DNA from: Octopus vulgaris
Lineage: Eukaryota
Assembly (NCBI GenBank): GCA_951406725.2
Contig: OX597814.1
Location: 139,438,001 to 139,502,000, forward strand
Direction of reading: 5' to 3'
DNA: 64,000 nt
The notes beneath the pieces are model-generated. The model did no database searches. It had not been told where the DNA came from and saw only the letters and a list, made by a program, of their open reading frames with translations. The translations under genes were made by a program, and so were the position numbers. Positions 28,201 to 38,100 of the stretch are shown piece by piece. How positions within the stretch are numbered: position 1 is the first letter of the stretch; each line of letters opens with the position of its first letter.

Positions 28201-30705
28201 TTTTAGCTTGTATTAAATAATTTTACTTTTTTCACATAACCCATTAAAATACTTGCTTTATGTTTTTTAACTTACGTCTTTACATTTATATAATTGTTCT
28301 GGGTATGTAGACATGCATAAATTTATATATATAAAGAGATTTATATTTAGTTTTCTAATCTAGCAACACTAGTATAAACCGAAGCTGTTCAAATGTTTCC
28401 CGCCATAAGATTTGTTGACATTCGCCGAGAAGCTAATTACAGAAGCCATCTTACGGAAATGGCAGAATAAATGCGACCAACAAAATTCCTAAAGATATTA
28501 ATATATGCCTCGAACACAAACATTGTCAAAGTTTACTTCACTTTTCATCAATTCTGGATTCAATAAAATGGACTGTCCATTTTGGAGATTCTAAATCAGG
28601 AGGGGGGATGAACATTAGAGAAATTTATAAAAGAGAAAATGCGAATGATCGCCGAAATTATTAACCATGAAAGATAAGTTTTACTAAGTGTGTTCGATCA
28701 TCAATTAAATGGATCCATGAATTTCGTATTTCCAAAAAAAAAAAAAAAAAAAAATATCGCTGATATATATATTGAATACAAAACACGGATTTCTACTAAT
28801 TTAGCAAATGACTTGAAATAATTTTCATCAACTTGATTTTCCAATTTCGAATGTTTTCATTCTCGACTCTCTACATACCCCTCTGACTTTTGAGATCCCA
28901 ATATTACGATAGTACTCGATCCTTCCTTTCAGATTTGTTCCTTATTGCTGTAGAGATGGGAGGCTGAGGACTGAGAAAGGGACAGGCCAAATGCTAGGCT
29001 TAATAAGATTGATTTTAAACTTGTCCAATACCATAGCGAAGAAATATCAGGATGCCCCCATCCAAAAAAGTCCCTAAAATCTGTTTGGGTATTATTGTCA
29101 GTCAGAAAATCACAGGCCTTGTAACTATATTAGAAATTTTGTAAAAATAACTTATTTAAAATAGAGGAGTAACTAAACAAATGAAGATCTTAACATTCCA
29201 CTTTATAATAAAAGTCAATGAAAGGAAATGAAAATTCAAATTTCCAACAACATACTTTCAAAAAAAAAAAAAGGTATTAGAGAACGAACCCTCAATATAT
29301 CACAATAGGACAATAAGTCTTGCATTTGTCAGCTCATACAGACGTATAAGTATTTATTAAAAACGTTGTAGATACTTCTACAGTTAAAATGAGATATATA
29401 TATACAAATATTTTATATATTGGAGAGATATAGTTTACCAGCAAACTGCTATCCTTTATAAACTCGTGTAAGAATGTGGCATAATACCTATCTCGTAACA
29501 CTTGCCTGCATATTTGGGTTAATAAATCAACTTTTCAAAGCAATTTAATTGAATAATGTGATTTCCCTGATATTAGATTATTTCAAAGGTCTATAATATA
29601 TAGATCTCGAATCTTGATTGACAGTGTTTTGAGACAATTCACAAAAACGAAAATGCAGCAACATAGTGGAAACAACATAGAGAATTTGAATAATTAAAAA
29701 TGAAACCAGAAATAAATGGAGAACATACAAAACTAACTTGGCATTCCTGAATTGGCGAAACGAATAAGTAAATCTTTAAATTAGATTATTAGACTATTTA
29801 ATTTTTCGACGATATCATAAAAAGATTAAGTTAACATAAGTTAGCATTGTTAAAAAAGGGACAAAATAATTCGTAGCGAAAAGTACACAAAAATATGATT
29901 ATTTATTTGAAAGTTTATGGAAGAAAAATTTATGTAGATGTATATGTCGGCGCTTCTTCGCCGATATCCCCGCCTGTCATTTGGGCAACGAATGATGCCT
30001 GTCCATTTGAATGGTTTTACCGCACATCTATGCCATGTAGCCAGTCCTAGATATTATGTGAATAGCCAGGCTACTGTGCTTCAAGTTTTAGGGAATTGCA
30101 ATTAGCACTAATGTCACAATAGACATCGTCTTTAGTGGATCGTTTTATTGTGACAAAATATCGTCTCGAACACATTTTATCATCTACCTCATGGATACTT
30201 CAGGTGGAACAATGTAACATTTTCCGGAATAGATCTATGTTTGTCTTACTTATAAAGGTTCTCGGGATTGGAGAAGTGATTTTTGTAAATTTGGATCAAT
30301 GATTTTGCCTAGTATCAGATCAGGTAGTGTTTTAAAAGTTTAAACTATTAAAATGAAATATATTAGTTTTGCAACAATAAGTACGATATATATTTGTAAA
30401 TACATGCGTAGGCAAGAAAAATAAATAAAGGGATAATTAGAAATAAGAAGTAAATTCACAGTTCTTTGTGTCTTTATTAACCGGTTGGTTCCATTTCGTA
30501 AAAAAAAAAGAGCATTGATATGAAAACGTATTCAAAAGCAAAATAAATGAAAGAAACTCACAATTTCTATATCAGTAAATCCAGTAAGAACGAGGTTTTT
30601 CATCAGCTCACATCCTATACCACCAGCACCGACAACAAGAACTTTACTGGTCTGTATTTCGGCCTGCAAGTTTGGTTCTAAAACTCCACTGACTGAAGCC
30701 GCCAT
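1558..30705 (-). CDS. UBA2: SUMO-activating enzyme subunit 2 gene, 15 coding exons in window (1501 nt, ~500 codons); 3' exons lie left of the window
   Basis: Exons join in frame over GT-AG introns. Motifs: [25 protein letters not shown] Zn ligands, catalytic [24 protein letters not shown]. Confidence 0.97.
1830..2200 (+). mobile_element. RTE-clade LINE 3' fragment
   Basis: [26 protein letters not shown]; same family as 58845-59240. Confidence 0.8.
2895..2952 (-). CDS. UBA2: UBA2 exon 14
   Basis: [19 protein letters not shown]; 58 nt. Confidence 0.93.
3510..3665 (-). CDS. UBA2: UBA2 exon 13
   Basis: [35 protein letters not shown]...LEEK; 156 nt. Confidence 0.95.
4521..4633 (-). CDS. UBA2: UBA2 exon 12
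   Basis: [28 protein letters not shown]; 113 nt. Confidence 0.95.
5349..5442 (-). CDS. UBA2: UBA2 exon 11
   Basis: [31 protein letters not shown]; 94 nt. Confidence 0.95.
5795..5955 (-). CDS. UBA2: UBA2 exon 10
   Basis: [18 protein letters not shown]...GQLVWDK; 161 nt. Confidence 0.93.
6285..6384 (-). CDS. UBA2: UBA2 exon 9
   Basis: [25 protein letters not shown]; 100 nt. Confidence 0.94.
7134..7377. mobile_element. hAT (Charlie-like) MITE inserted into a SINE head
   Basis: cagtgtttctcaac / gttaagaaacactg TIRs; 8-bp TSD cactagac. Confidence 0.85.
7479..7603 (-). CDS. UBA2: UBA2 exon 8
   Basis: DAGESALN...[23 protein letters not shown]; 125 nt. Confidence 0.93.
8523..8590 (-). CDS. UBA2: UBA2 exon 7
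   Basis: [22 protein letters not shown]; 68 nt. Confidence 0.95.
9965..10200 (-). mobile_element. RTE-clade LINE 3' fragment
   Basis: Reverse complement closely resembles 58985-59240. Confidence 0.75.
10650..10771 (-). CDS. UBA2: UBA2 exon 6 (catalytic Cys)
   Basis: [40 protein letters not shown]; 122 nt. Confidence 0.96.
12411..12511 (-). CDS. UBA2: UBA2 exon 5
   Basis: [33 protein letters not shown]; 101 nt. Confidence 0.95.
13565..13629 (-). CDS. UBA2: UBA2 exon 4
   Basis: [21 protein letters not shown]; 65 nt. Confidence 0.95.
13807..13852 (-). ncRNA. Minimal type I hammerhead-like motif with G3-C8 core (UBA2-sense copy)
   Basis: TGTCA-GTGAACA-G-GTCGC(GGATTTTA)GCGAC-GAAA-ATAT-TT-TGACA. 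Confidence 0.5.
13876..13921 (+). ncRNA. Mirror copy of the G3-C8 hammerhead-like motif
   Basis: TGTCA-GTGAACA-G-GTCAC(GGATTTTA)GCGAC-GAAA-ATAT-TT-TGACA; one stem II mismatch. Confidence 0.45.
15917..15987 (-). CDS. UBA2: UBA2 exon 3
   Basis: [23 protein letters not shown]; 71 nt. Confidence 0.95.
17592..17675 (-). CDS. UBA2: UBA2 exon 2
   Basis: [28 protein letters not shown]; cag/gtaagt. Confidence 0.96.
17726..17930. mobile_element. piggyBac-like MITE; related copies at about 6530-6702, 14585-14840, 15090-15312, 36015-36213, 42880-43110 and 58088-58690
   Basis: TTAA|cccttt ... aaaggg|TTAA termini. Confidence 0.7.
18277..18640 (+). mobile_element. tRNA-head SINE family A, full length; other copies at about 1-215(-), 5565-5778, 12560-12945, 20505-20815(-), 27735-28105(-), 47625-48170, 54950-55280(-), 57588-57985, 58150-58525, 59864-60262
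   Basis: A/B-box-like head ggctgtgtggtaag...ggttcagtccc, ccttgggcaagt core, tail atgactgaaacaagtaaaaga. Confidence 0.9.
22025..22165 (-). mobile_element. Possible Merlin/IS1595-like transposase N-terminal remnant
   Basis: [38 protein letters not shown]; resemblance from memory only. Confidence 0.45.
23869..24634. mobile_element. Tc1/mariner-type MITE with nested SINE (about 24030-24570)
   Basis: TA|cagggtagctcaaaagtaggtt ... aacctacttttgagccaccctg|TA. Confidence 0.85.
25388..28371 (+). mobile_element. Decayed hAT DNA transposon (TAGGGTTGCCAGA-type TIR, Blackjack-like) in UBA2 intron 1
   Basis: TIRs tagggttgccaga / tctagcaacacta; perfect 8-bp TSD gtataaac at 25380-25387 and 28372-28379. Confidence 0.9.
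25728..27400 (+). pseudogene. Frameshifted hAT transposase
   Basis: N-terminal Zn-finger-like MPRRKCKF...QHLETAKH; ISTDASN, FSGDNT, AHILHN and [13 protein letters not shown] motifs spread over several frames with stops. Confidence 0.85.
30562..30705 (-). CDS. UBA2: UBA2 coding exon 1
   Basis: aaaATGGCG start; MAASVSG...[27 protein letters not shown]; donor gtgagt. Confidence 0.95.
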
Positions 30706-32099
30706 TTTCTTTGTGACCAAACGAAGCTACTGCTGCTGCTGCTGCTTTTGTTGTTGTTGATGAAGCTGCTGCTGCTGCAATTGTTGTTGTTCTTGAAGCT
30801 GCTGTTGCAATTGCTGCTGCAGTTCTTGTTCTTGAAACTGCTGCTGCAATTGCTGCTCAAGCTATAATAACTACCGCTGTTGTTATTGAAGCTATTGCTG
30901 CTTCCATTGTTGCTACCATTGTTGCCGTTGCTGCTGTCGAAGCAATTGCTACTCCCTTTGTTGCTGTTGATGTTGCTGCTGCCGCCATTTTTTAAATCTA
31001 ATGCTGCTGCCGTTGTGCAAATACAAGTTTCTATTGCTGATACATTTATTAAAGTTGCGGCGGTTGATATACTTGAAATTGCTTGTTCTTTCTGTTTTTG
31101 TCTACACTTCAAGTGTTGAGGATTTTATTTTATTCAAAAGATTAACACGAAAAGAATAAATGAATTATTTAGCAAAAGAATATAGAGAAAATACAATACT
31201 AATTAAAAGAAACAACTGTATTATAAAAATGATCGATAAATTTGGAGAATGACGGCGTAATTCGAGGGCATTGGGAGTGTATAAGAACATCATGGATTGC
31301 ATGAAATACCGAAACGAAAAACCAAATATCGTGTACTTTCATTTTAAAAGGAAAACATTTAGACAACTTAGTATTTTGTTAGATACATTAAAAGAAATTA
31401 ATTTTCAGTCATCGTAGTTAACTGAGACTATGGATATTATCTCCTGCCAGTTGGCTTAGTATTTCGGAATTCCATTGAGATACAATTTTGAAAAGTAATT
31501 TTAAGATGTATTGATTAGAGGAATACATGTAAAGAACATGTTTTCATTTGCAAATCGTGTTTAGTTCGAGAAAGATTTAGGTAACTTGGAAGTATTTAAT
31601 TGAAACGTTAATTATAAAATGTAATGATATATAAGAACCAAAAATTAGAAATGATGCGATTTCCTGTCATCATGTCAATATTTGGTTTTCATTTCGGTCT
31701 TTCGTGTAACCCTTGATATCCTATACCCTTCTCATTTGAAAATACGCCGTGATTCTCCTTTTAGTAAATCATATTAGTTTAATTTCCATTTCGTTAATAG
31801 AATATATTACAGAATATTAATATCATTTAACTAAACATAAGTTGGTTTCCTGCATTCTATTTGTAAAAGTGCGTTTCGCAATCGTTCCACTTTCCTATCT
31901 TGTTTTTACTGTAAACACATTATGACAGAAGCCCGCTCAATATAAATTACTGACATTTCGTTCCAGCTTCCAGTCCAGCGTTTTATGAAAAACTACAACT
32001 AGTCAAGCCCGCTAAATATAAACGTGTTGACGGTTGAAGGAATTAATCATCCGTCTTTGATATTCTTAGTTGTTGAATCTGAAACTCTAAATAAATACC
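30706..32099. promoter_or_regulatory. Bidirectional promoter / 5' leader region of UBA2 and HAUS4
   Basis: Divergent ATGs 1394 nt apart; more CpG than flanks by eye; no recognisable SINE copies. Confidence 0.7.
30728..31015 (-). repeat. Degenerate CAG/CAA/GCA/ACA trinucleotide tract upstream of UBA2 ATG
   Basis: Runs of gctgctgct/gttgttgtt on the plus strand. Confidence 0.9.
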
Positions 32100-32118
32100 A
32101 TGTCTACTTTACGTACCA
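32100..32118 (+). CDS. HAUS4: HAUS4 putative coding exon 1 (MSTLRT+A)
   Basis: accATG followed by gtgagt donor; phase 1 fits exon 2. Confidence 0.7.
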
Positions 32119-35100
32119 GTGAGTAAGAATTGTAATATTTCTAATATATTGATTGTTGCTCGATAATTATTTACTTTTACCGGTTGTTTATTTTTTTTTC
32201 TTAACTAAACAGTCGCTTATTAAACTTAAATTATGAAGTTTCTGCAAAGTTTCTTAGATAGCCAATGTTTTCTTTTAGCCCTCTTATTAATGAGCTTTGA
32301 ATTTAATAATCTGGGTTGCAAGACTAACATTTATATCTTGATGAAATTTATATAGACTTTTCCAGATATCCATCCATCCTCTCCGCCCATTATTCCTCAG
32401 GATCCTTTCAGAAGCTACTGGATTCTCGAACGTGGCACTATGGATATTATCTCCTGCTAGTTGGCTCAGTATTTCGAAATTCAACTTAATATTTCAGCTT
32501 TCCGAATTCGAGTATCTTCTCCCTGTACAGGATACTGTGAGAGTATTCCTTCATAGAATTTGTGTAAAGACTTCCGCCCGTTCCCCCCACCCACATTTTC
32601 TCCCAAATTTGTTTATTTAAAAAAAAAAAATTTTTGACAAAAATCCCCGTTTTCGGAAACGGGTACCGGAAAATTGCCAAAATCGGTATTGTGAAATTTT
32701 CCCCCAACAAATTCTTCAATTTTGACTTTCTTCCCCAACACTAACCCGAACTCTAAAATCTTAATCCTAAAACCCTAACCGTAAGTACAGAAATGTTTTG
32801 ACATTTTTGAATCATAATGTCCGTATTTTTTCGCATATTTAGAAAAAGAAATTCTTATAAAAAGAATTTTACAAACATTTTTGGGAATTTTTTCAGAATC
32901 ATAATCTCCGTATTTTTTGGTATATTTTGAAAAAAAAAATGACGGAAATGGGGGTGAGGTGGAAGGGGTAATTTAAAAAAGCCGATTTTTGCCAATTTCT
33001 TTTTTGCAGATTCGTATTCCCCGTGGCCAAAAAGAGGTTATACCCATTTATCATTTGTATTTTAAAAGTTCTTAAAACTTACTTACGTTTTGCCTTTAAA
33101 AATTTACTTTTTCCGAAAGAAAGCACTTTGAATTTTTTTATTGTTTTCTTTATAAATAAAATTTGAAATAAAAATTTTTCAAAAATTCGGAAAACTTCAA
33201 CTGCTAAGAAGGTAGATACTTTTACTTCCAGAGGACTCTTGAAATTAAGAAGCATCTTGGTCATAGCTGACGCAAAAGAGTAGCAATTGCAGACATGAAC
33301 AGACAAGTTTCAAACCTGTGTTGCGATTTCATCTAACATTGGGTATCTTCTTTGATTGTCAACAGAGATATTTATATGTTAAATTGTTTTGGCTAGACCA
33401 GTTTGTTAAAACATTTATGTATTCTGAAGTACAATATAGCATTGAAACAAAATACTTAAGACACCAGCAATTTATTAATCAAACTAGCTATCAAGAATGT
33501 ATTATATATGCAAATTGGTTGATCTAATAATAGTAGGTTTATATGTTGTATCTCTGTGGGTAGTTAAAGAGGATTATCAGCTGCTGATGAAATATTGAAA
33601 CTAGTCCAGCAGATCTCTTTCACTACAATAGAATGATTCTTTTTTCCTTTACTTTCTCTACACAGTTAATGAATCTTTACCTATTAAACTATCTGAAGAA
33701 GATGTGGAATCCATGCCAGAACTTGCAAATTTGCTCCTTGCACTATCAAAAAAAATTACTCCCAATGGCAACAGTATTAAACTGCAAGAGAGTATTGAAG
33801 AGGTAAAATTTATTTTGTATAGATGTGGGGTTTACTGGTTTTTTATCAATCTCATCATCATCATCTTTATTTAACATCTGTTGTTCATGCTGGCATGGGT
33901 TAGACAGTTTGACTGGGCCAGTACGCTGGAAGGCTGCACCAGACTGATTTGGTATGGTTTTCTACGTCTGGATGCCCTTCCTAATGCAAACTGATCCAAG
34001 AGTGTAATGGGTGCTCCTATGTGTCACTGGCACAAGTGCCATTTTCATGACACCAAAGTGTGTTTACATGCCACTGGCATGGGTGCCAATTTGTGTGATG
34101 CCAGTATCTGCCAATGGTCTTGGTCATTACCTCATCTAAGTGAGAAAATTTAATAGTTGTTTTACCCCTAATTCACCTTTGATCAGAGATCAAAGTTATT
34201 CTAGCCAAGACTACCCATATTTGTTTCAAGACAAAGTAGGCAATCTGTCCTTTGTTTTTAAGATGGTAGATTATGTGTTGAGAGAAAACTAGTAGTTTTT
34301 TTCTAGCAGGTCAAGCAACTACATAGAAGTTCCTTTGTTGACTCAAAGGTTTGTTTTTAGGAAGTGACTTTACCCAGGCTATTCTTATTCTAGCAGTTAC
34401 ACTCTCTTGGTCACCTAGGTAACGGAAGCTATCAACTACTTTTAGTTTTTCCCCCTGGAATGTGATGGAGGCTGTTTTCCGCACATTTTCAGTGTTCATT
34501 GCTTATTACTTATTACTAAAATACATTAGTATTTTAGTAATAAGTTAATGAGAGATTCATAAATATTTTTCCTTATTTTGGCACAAGGCCAGCAAATTTG
34601 AGGGGGTGGTGAAGTTGATTACATCAACTCCAGTGCTTAATTGGGGCTTATTTTATCATCCCTGAAAGGAGGAAAGGCAAAGTCAACCTCAGTGGCTTTT
34701 TGAATTCAGAATGTAAATTTGGAAGAAATGCCACTAAGCATTTTGTCCAACGCAGCAGTGATTCTGCCAGTTCACTACCTTCAAGAAATATTCATTAATA
34801 TATTAGTAATTAGTTCTAAAAATAATGAATTAGCTGAGTTGTTAGGATGTTGGCTACAATACTTCCAACCCTCTGTCCTCTAAGTTCAAATCACATCTAG
34901 GTCAGTGTTGCCTTTTATTCTTTTGGAGGTAACATTTCAGATAGGTGGATTTCCAGAACTGTTAGAGCATTATTTGGGATGCTTTGCAATATCTGTCCTA
35001 GTTTCACATGAACTGAATTCAAATCCCACCTTTGTCGGTGAAGAAGAAAACAACAACCCTTTTGTTAGGTGTTTGTGCCTCCCAGGTAGTATCAGCAATG

Positions 35101-38100
35101 GAAAAGAATACCAGTGAAAACATAGCTTCTTTGGTTTGATTGAAAGGTCGTCTGCCACCACAACAGTAAATTCTTAAGCAATCATCATCATAATTGTTTA
35201 ATCCCCATTTTCCATGGTGGCATAGGTTGGATAGTTCAACAGGAACTGATGAACCATAGAACTACATCAAGCTCCATTTTCTGCTTTGGTGTAGTTTCTA
35301 TGTCTAGATGCCCTTCCTAATGTTGTCCACTTTACTGAGTGTACTGGATGAATTTTTCATGGCACCAATACTAGTGAGGTCAACAACCAACTCACAAGAT
35401 CTTTTGACTGAGGAGCATGGGAGGTGGCTTTATGCCAGGTGTTGAGAAGTCAAAGTAAGATAGAAAAATAGGAAGAAGTGTCTTACTGAAGGGGAAATAC
35501 ATGGCTTCTTCAGATTAAAAGAAAGAAAGGGATGGTTAGGTCATACTTCAAGGTACAAGGTGAACATAAGAGAGAGAATATGGATAGAGGGTCTGAAAGG
35601 GTAAGTGAGTAGGTAAGTTTGTGTGAGTGTGACTAATTATACACAGCAAATAAGCAGAAATTGTATCAACCCTTTCAATACCAACTTGCCCTAACCAGTG
35701 CTACTCAAAGTGGTGGTCTGCTGACTGGTGCCAGTCTGAGAGCCATCAGCTGCCAATACATGGCAAGTTTCCAGAAAAAAAGCAACATTATAAAATACTT
35801 ATGTAATATTGTATTATTTGTTTACAAAATCAATATAATTTTTTTTAAATTGTCAACTTTTATTATATTCATTACTTCTGGTTTAATTTAATATTACAAA
35901 GAAATATTACTGGTCCCTGTCACATTGGGGGAAAAAAACTACCAGTATGCCACATCAGATAGTTTGAGAAGCACTGACATAGACCATTTCTGGCTTTTTA
36001 ATATATGACCAGTTTTGATCCTTATGTTACCATATTTGTGTTGAACTACACCCTTTTTATTTCAATTAATTTTGAAAATAATAAAGAATTTACTAAAATA
36101 TCTTGGTCATTACTAAGTTGATAATTGGGACATAAATTAACATTGAACTTTAACAGTAAGTTTGCATCATAGAAACAAGGGCAGTCTTGGACGAACTGGT
36201 ATCAAAAGGGTTAAAGTGTTCCTATTCAGAATGTTCTTTTACGTACTATTGCAATGACCAACTTAAAGATATAGAAGTTATACTAAATCTTTCTAATTGC
36301 CCTATTTTTCAAAAGGAATTGAGGTACATAGGCTGTGCCTTACCTGAGAAATATTCTAATGAGAAGGTCAAAAAGAACGATTACCAAAGTTATATAATTT
36401 CAATGTTATAAGCTTTTCTTCTTTGTTAGTAAAAAGAAGAAAGAGTAGCCATTTCTATTTTTTATTGACAGGCTTATTAATTTTTCTTCACAGGCTGAAG
36501 ATATTTTGACAAAGGAGAAAAATGAATGGTTACAGCATAAGATTTTACTAGCTGCAGCAAAGCAAGTATTAGTCGAATATGAAATGAAAGCTATCGATGA
36601 AGAGTTAAGTGAGCCTGATAAAGAGGTAAGTATTCATGATAGGTATGGGGACATTTTATATCAGATATGAACAACCTTTTTCTAGCAGCTAATGAGATTT
36701 TGCTCAGTATAAATTGGGCCACAAAACACAAAAAAATGAACAAACATCATATATTGTCCAGAGTGATGGGTCTCCATTGTTCAATGATGAGGAGTCAGTT
36801 ATTCAATAAACTGAATTACCTGGATAGTGTAGAAGTTGCTGTCTGCCAGTAGAGAGGGAAAGAGTAAGGAATGCACGGTGCTGACTAGAAAGGATAAAGG
36901 TGGCTTCGTCCTTGCGGTTGAAAGTTTCTCTAATGTTGAGTGAAGGACAAAGGGAAGTACTGCTCTTGGTCATAGCTGACACAAAAGCGTAGCAATTGCA
37001 GACATGAACAGACGAGATAGAAAAACAACATGACCAAATGACAATTGCACATACAGACACAAAATATGCCTTGCACTATCTTGTCACATCAACATTCTCT
37101 TTCCTCTGTATTTTTACTTTGCCAACTCGATGCGGTTGGTAACTCCATGTAGCGGCAGATTTGTCCATGTTTCAAATCAAGCTCTCTGTATCCAACATGT
37201 AAATGCAACTGTTAACCAAATAAATAATGAAAATGGCAATCCTGTTCTCTGTCATTTGTTTTCCTTTGATGTCGGTCCAAAATGCCTATCTTCATCTGCT
37301 ACACCCAACAATGTACATTGAACCATCAACATCATCACATTTCACTACTTGTCTCACTACAACCTGCTCCTGAATTAACAAGTCTGTTACAGGTATAATC
37401 TACTAAATGCATTTCCATACAATCTCCATCCGCTCAATTTTGCTTTTCTCATCTTTCTTTCCAAGAACTGAAACTGTGGAATTCCTTTTTTTTTTTTCCT
37501 TTTTCTGCCTACAAACATTCAAGCCGAATACTGAATGGCATTAATTTTACCAGTCTGGGAGAGCTTGTAAAGTTCATGGGCATTACACTCCATACATAAT
37601 CCAATTCTCTTTCTTGACTAATTTAGCATCAGAAAGATAATGCATAATTAATTCAAAGCAATCAGAATAAATATTACATTTGGCAGAGTAATCTAAATGC
37701 TATAGGGTTAAATCTAATGAGTTGATGCTCTCAGCAAACAACCGGAGTACGATTGTGTGTCCTGGTGAGAGTATTGCCCCAGCATGACCTCACTCTAATG
37801 ACTGAAACCAGTAAAAGAATATAAGAACAAATTTTGATTCTACTACATTCATGTTTATTCTATATTTTATTTTATTTTTTTTATAGTTTTGTCAGGCATT
37901 GAATGAGTGTTTGGCATTTGCTGAAATGATTCCACATTTGCACCCTTCTGGCGATTCTGATGTTTCTGTTCTTGGTCTGACAGCTGAACATCTTAAGAAG
38001 CAACGAAAGGTAAATATTATTTTAGCCCTAATAAACTTCCTCTTCCACAGCTCTTCCCACCTGCATCATTTGGTGCTTTTCCCCCAAACATTACATCCAT

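Noticed and set aside
29945-30000. GC hairpin plus TGGGCAACGAATG resembling an HDV-like ribozyme
   Set aside because: Could not build P1/P2/P1.1 of the nested pseudoknot; only a simple hairpin
30678-31119. 144-aa N/S-rich and 79-aa Leu-rich ORFs from the ORF track
   Set aside because: Non-ATG starts; by-products of the trinucleotide tract
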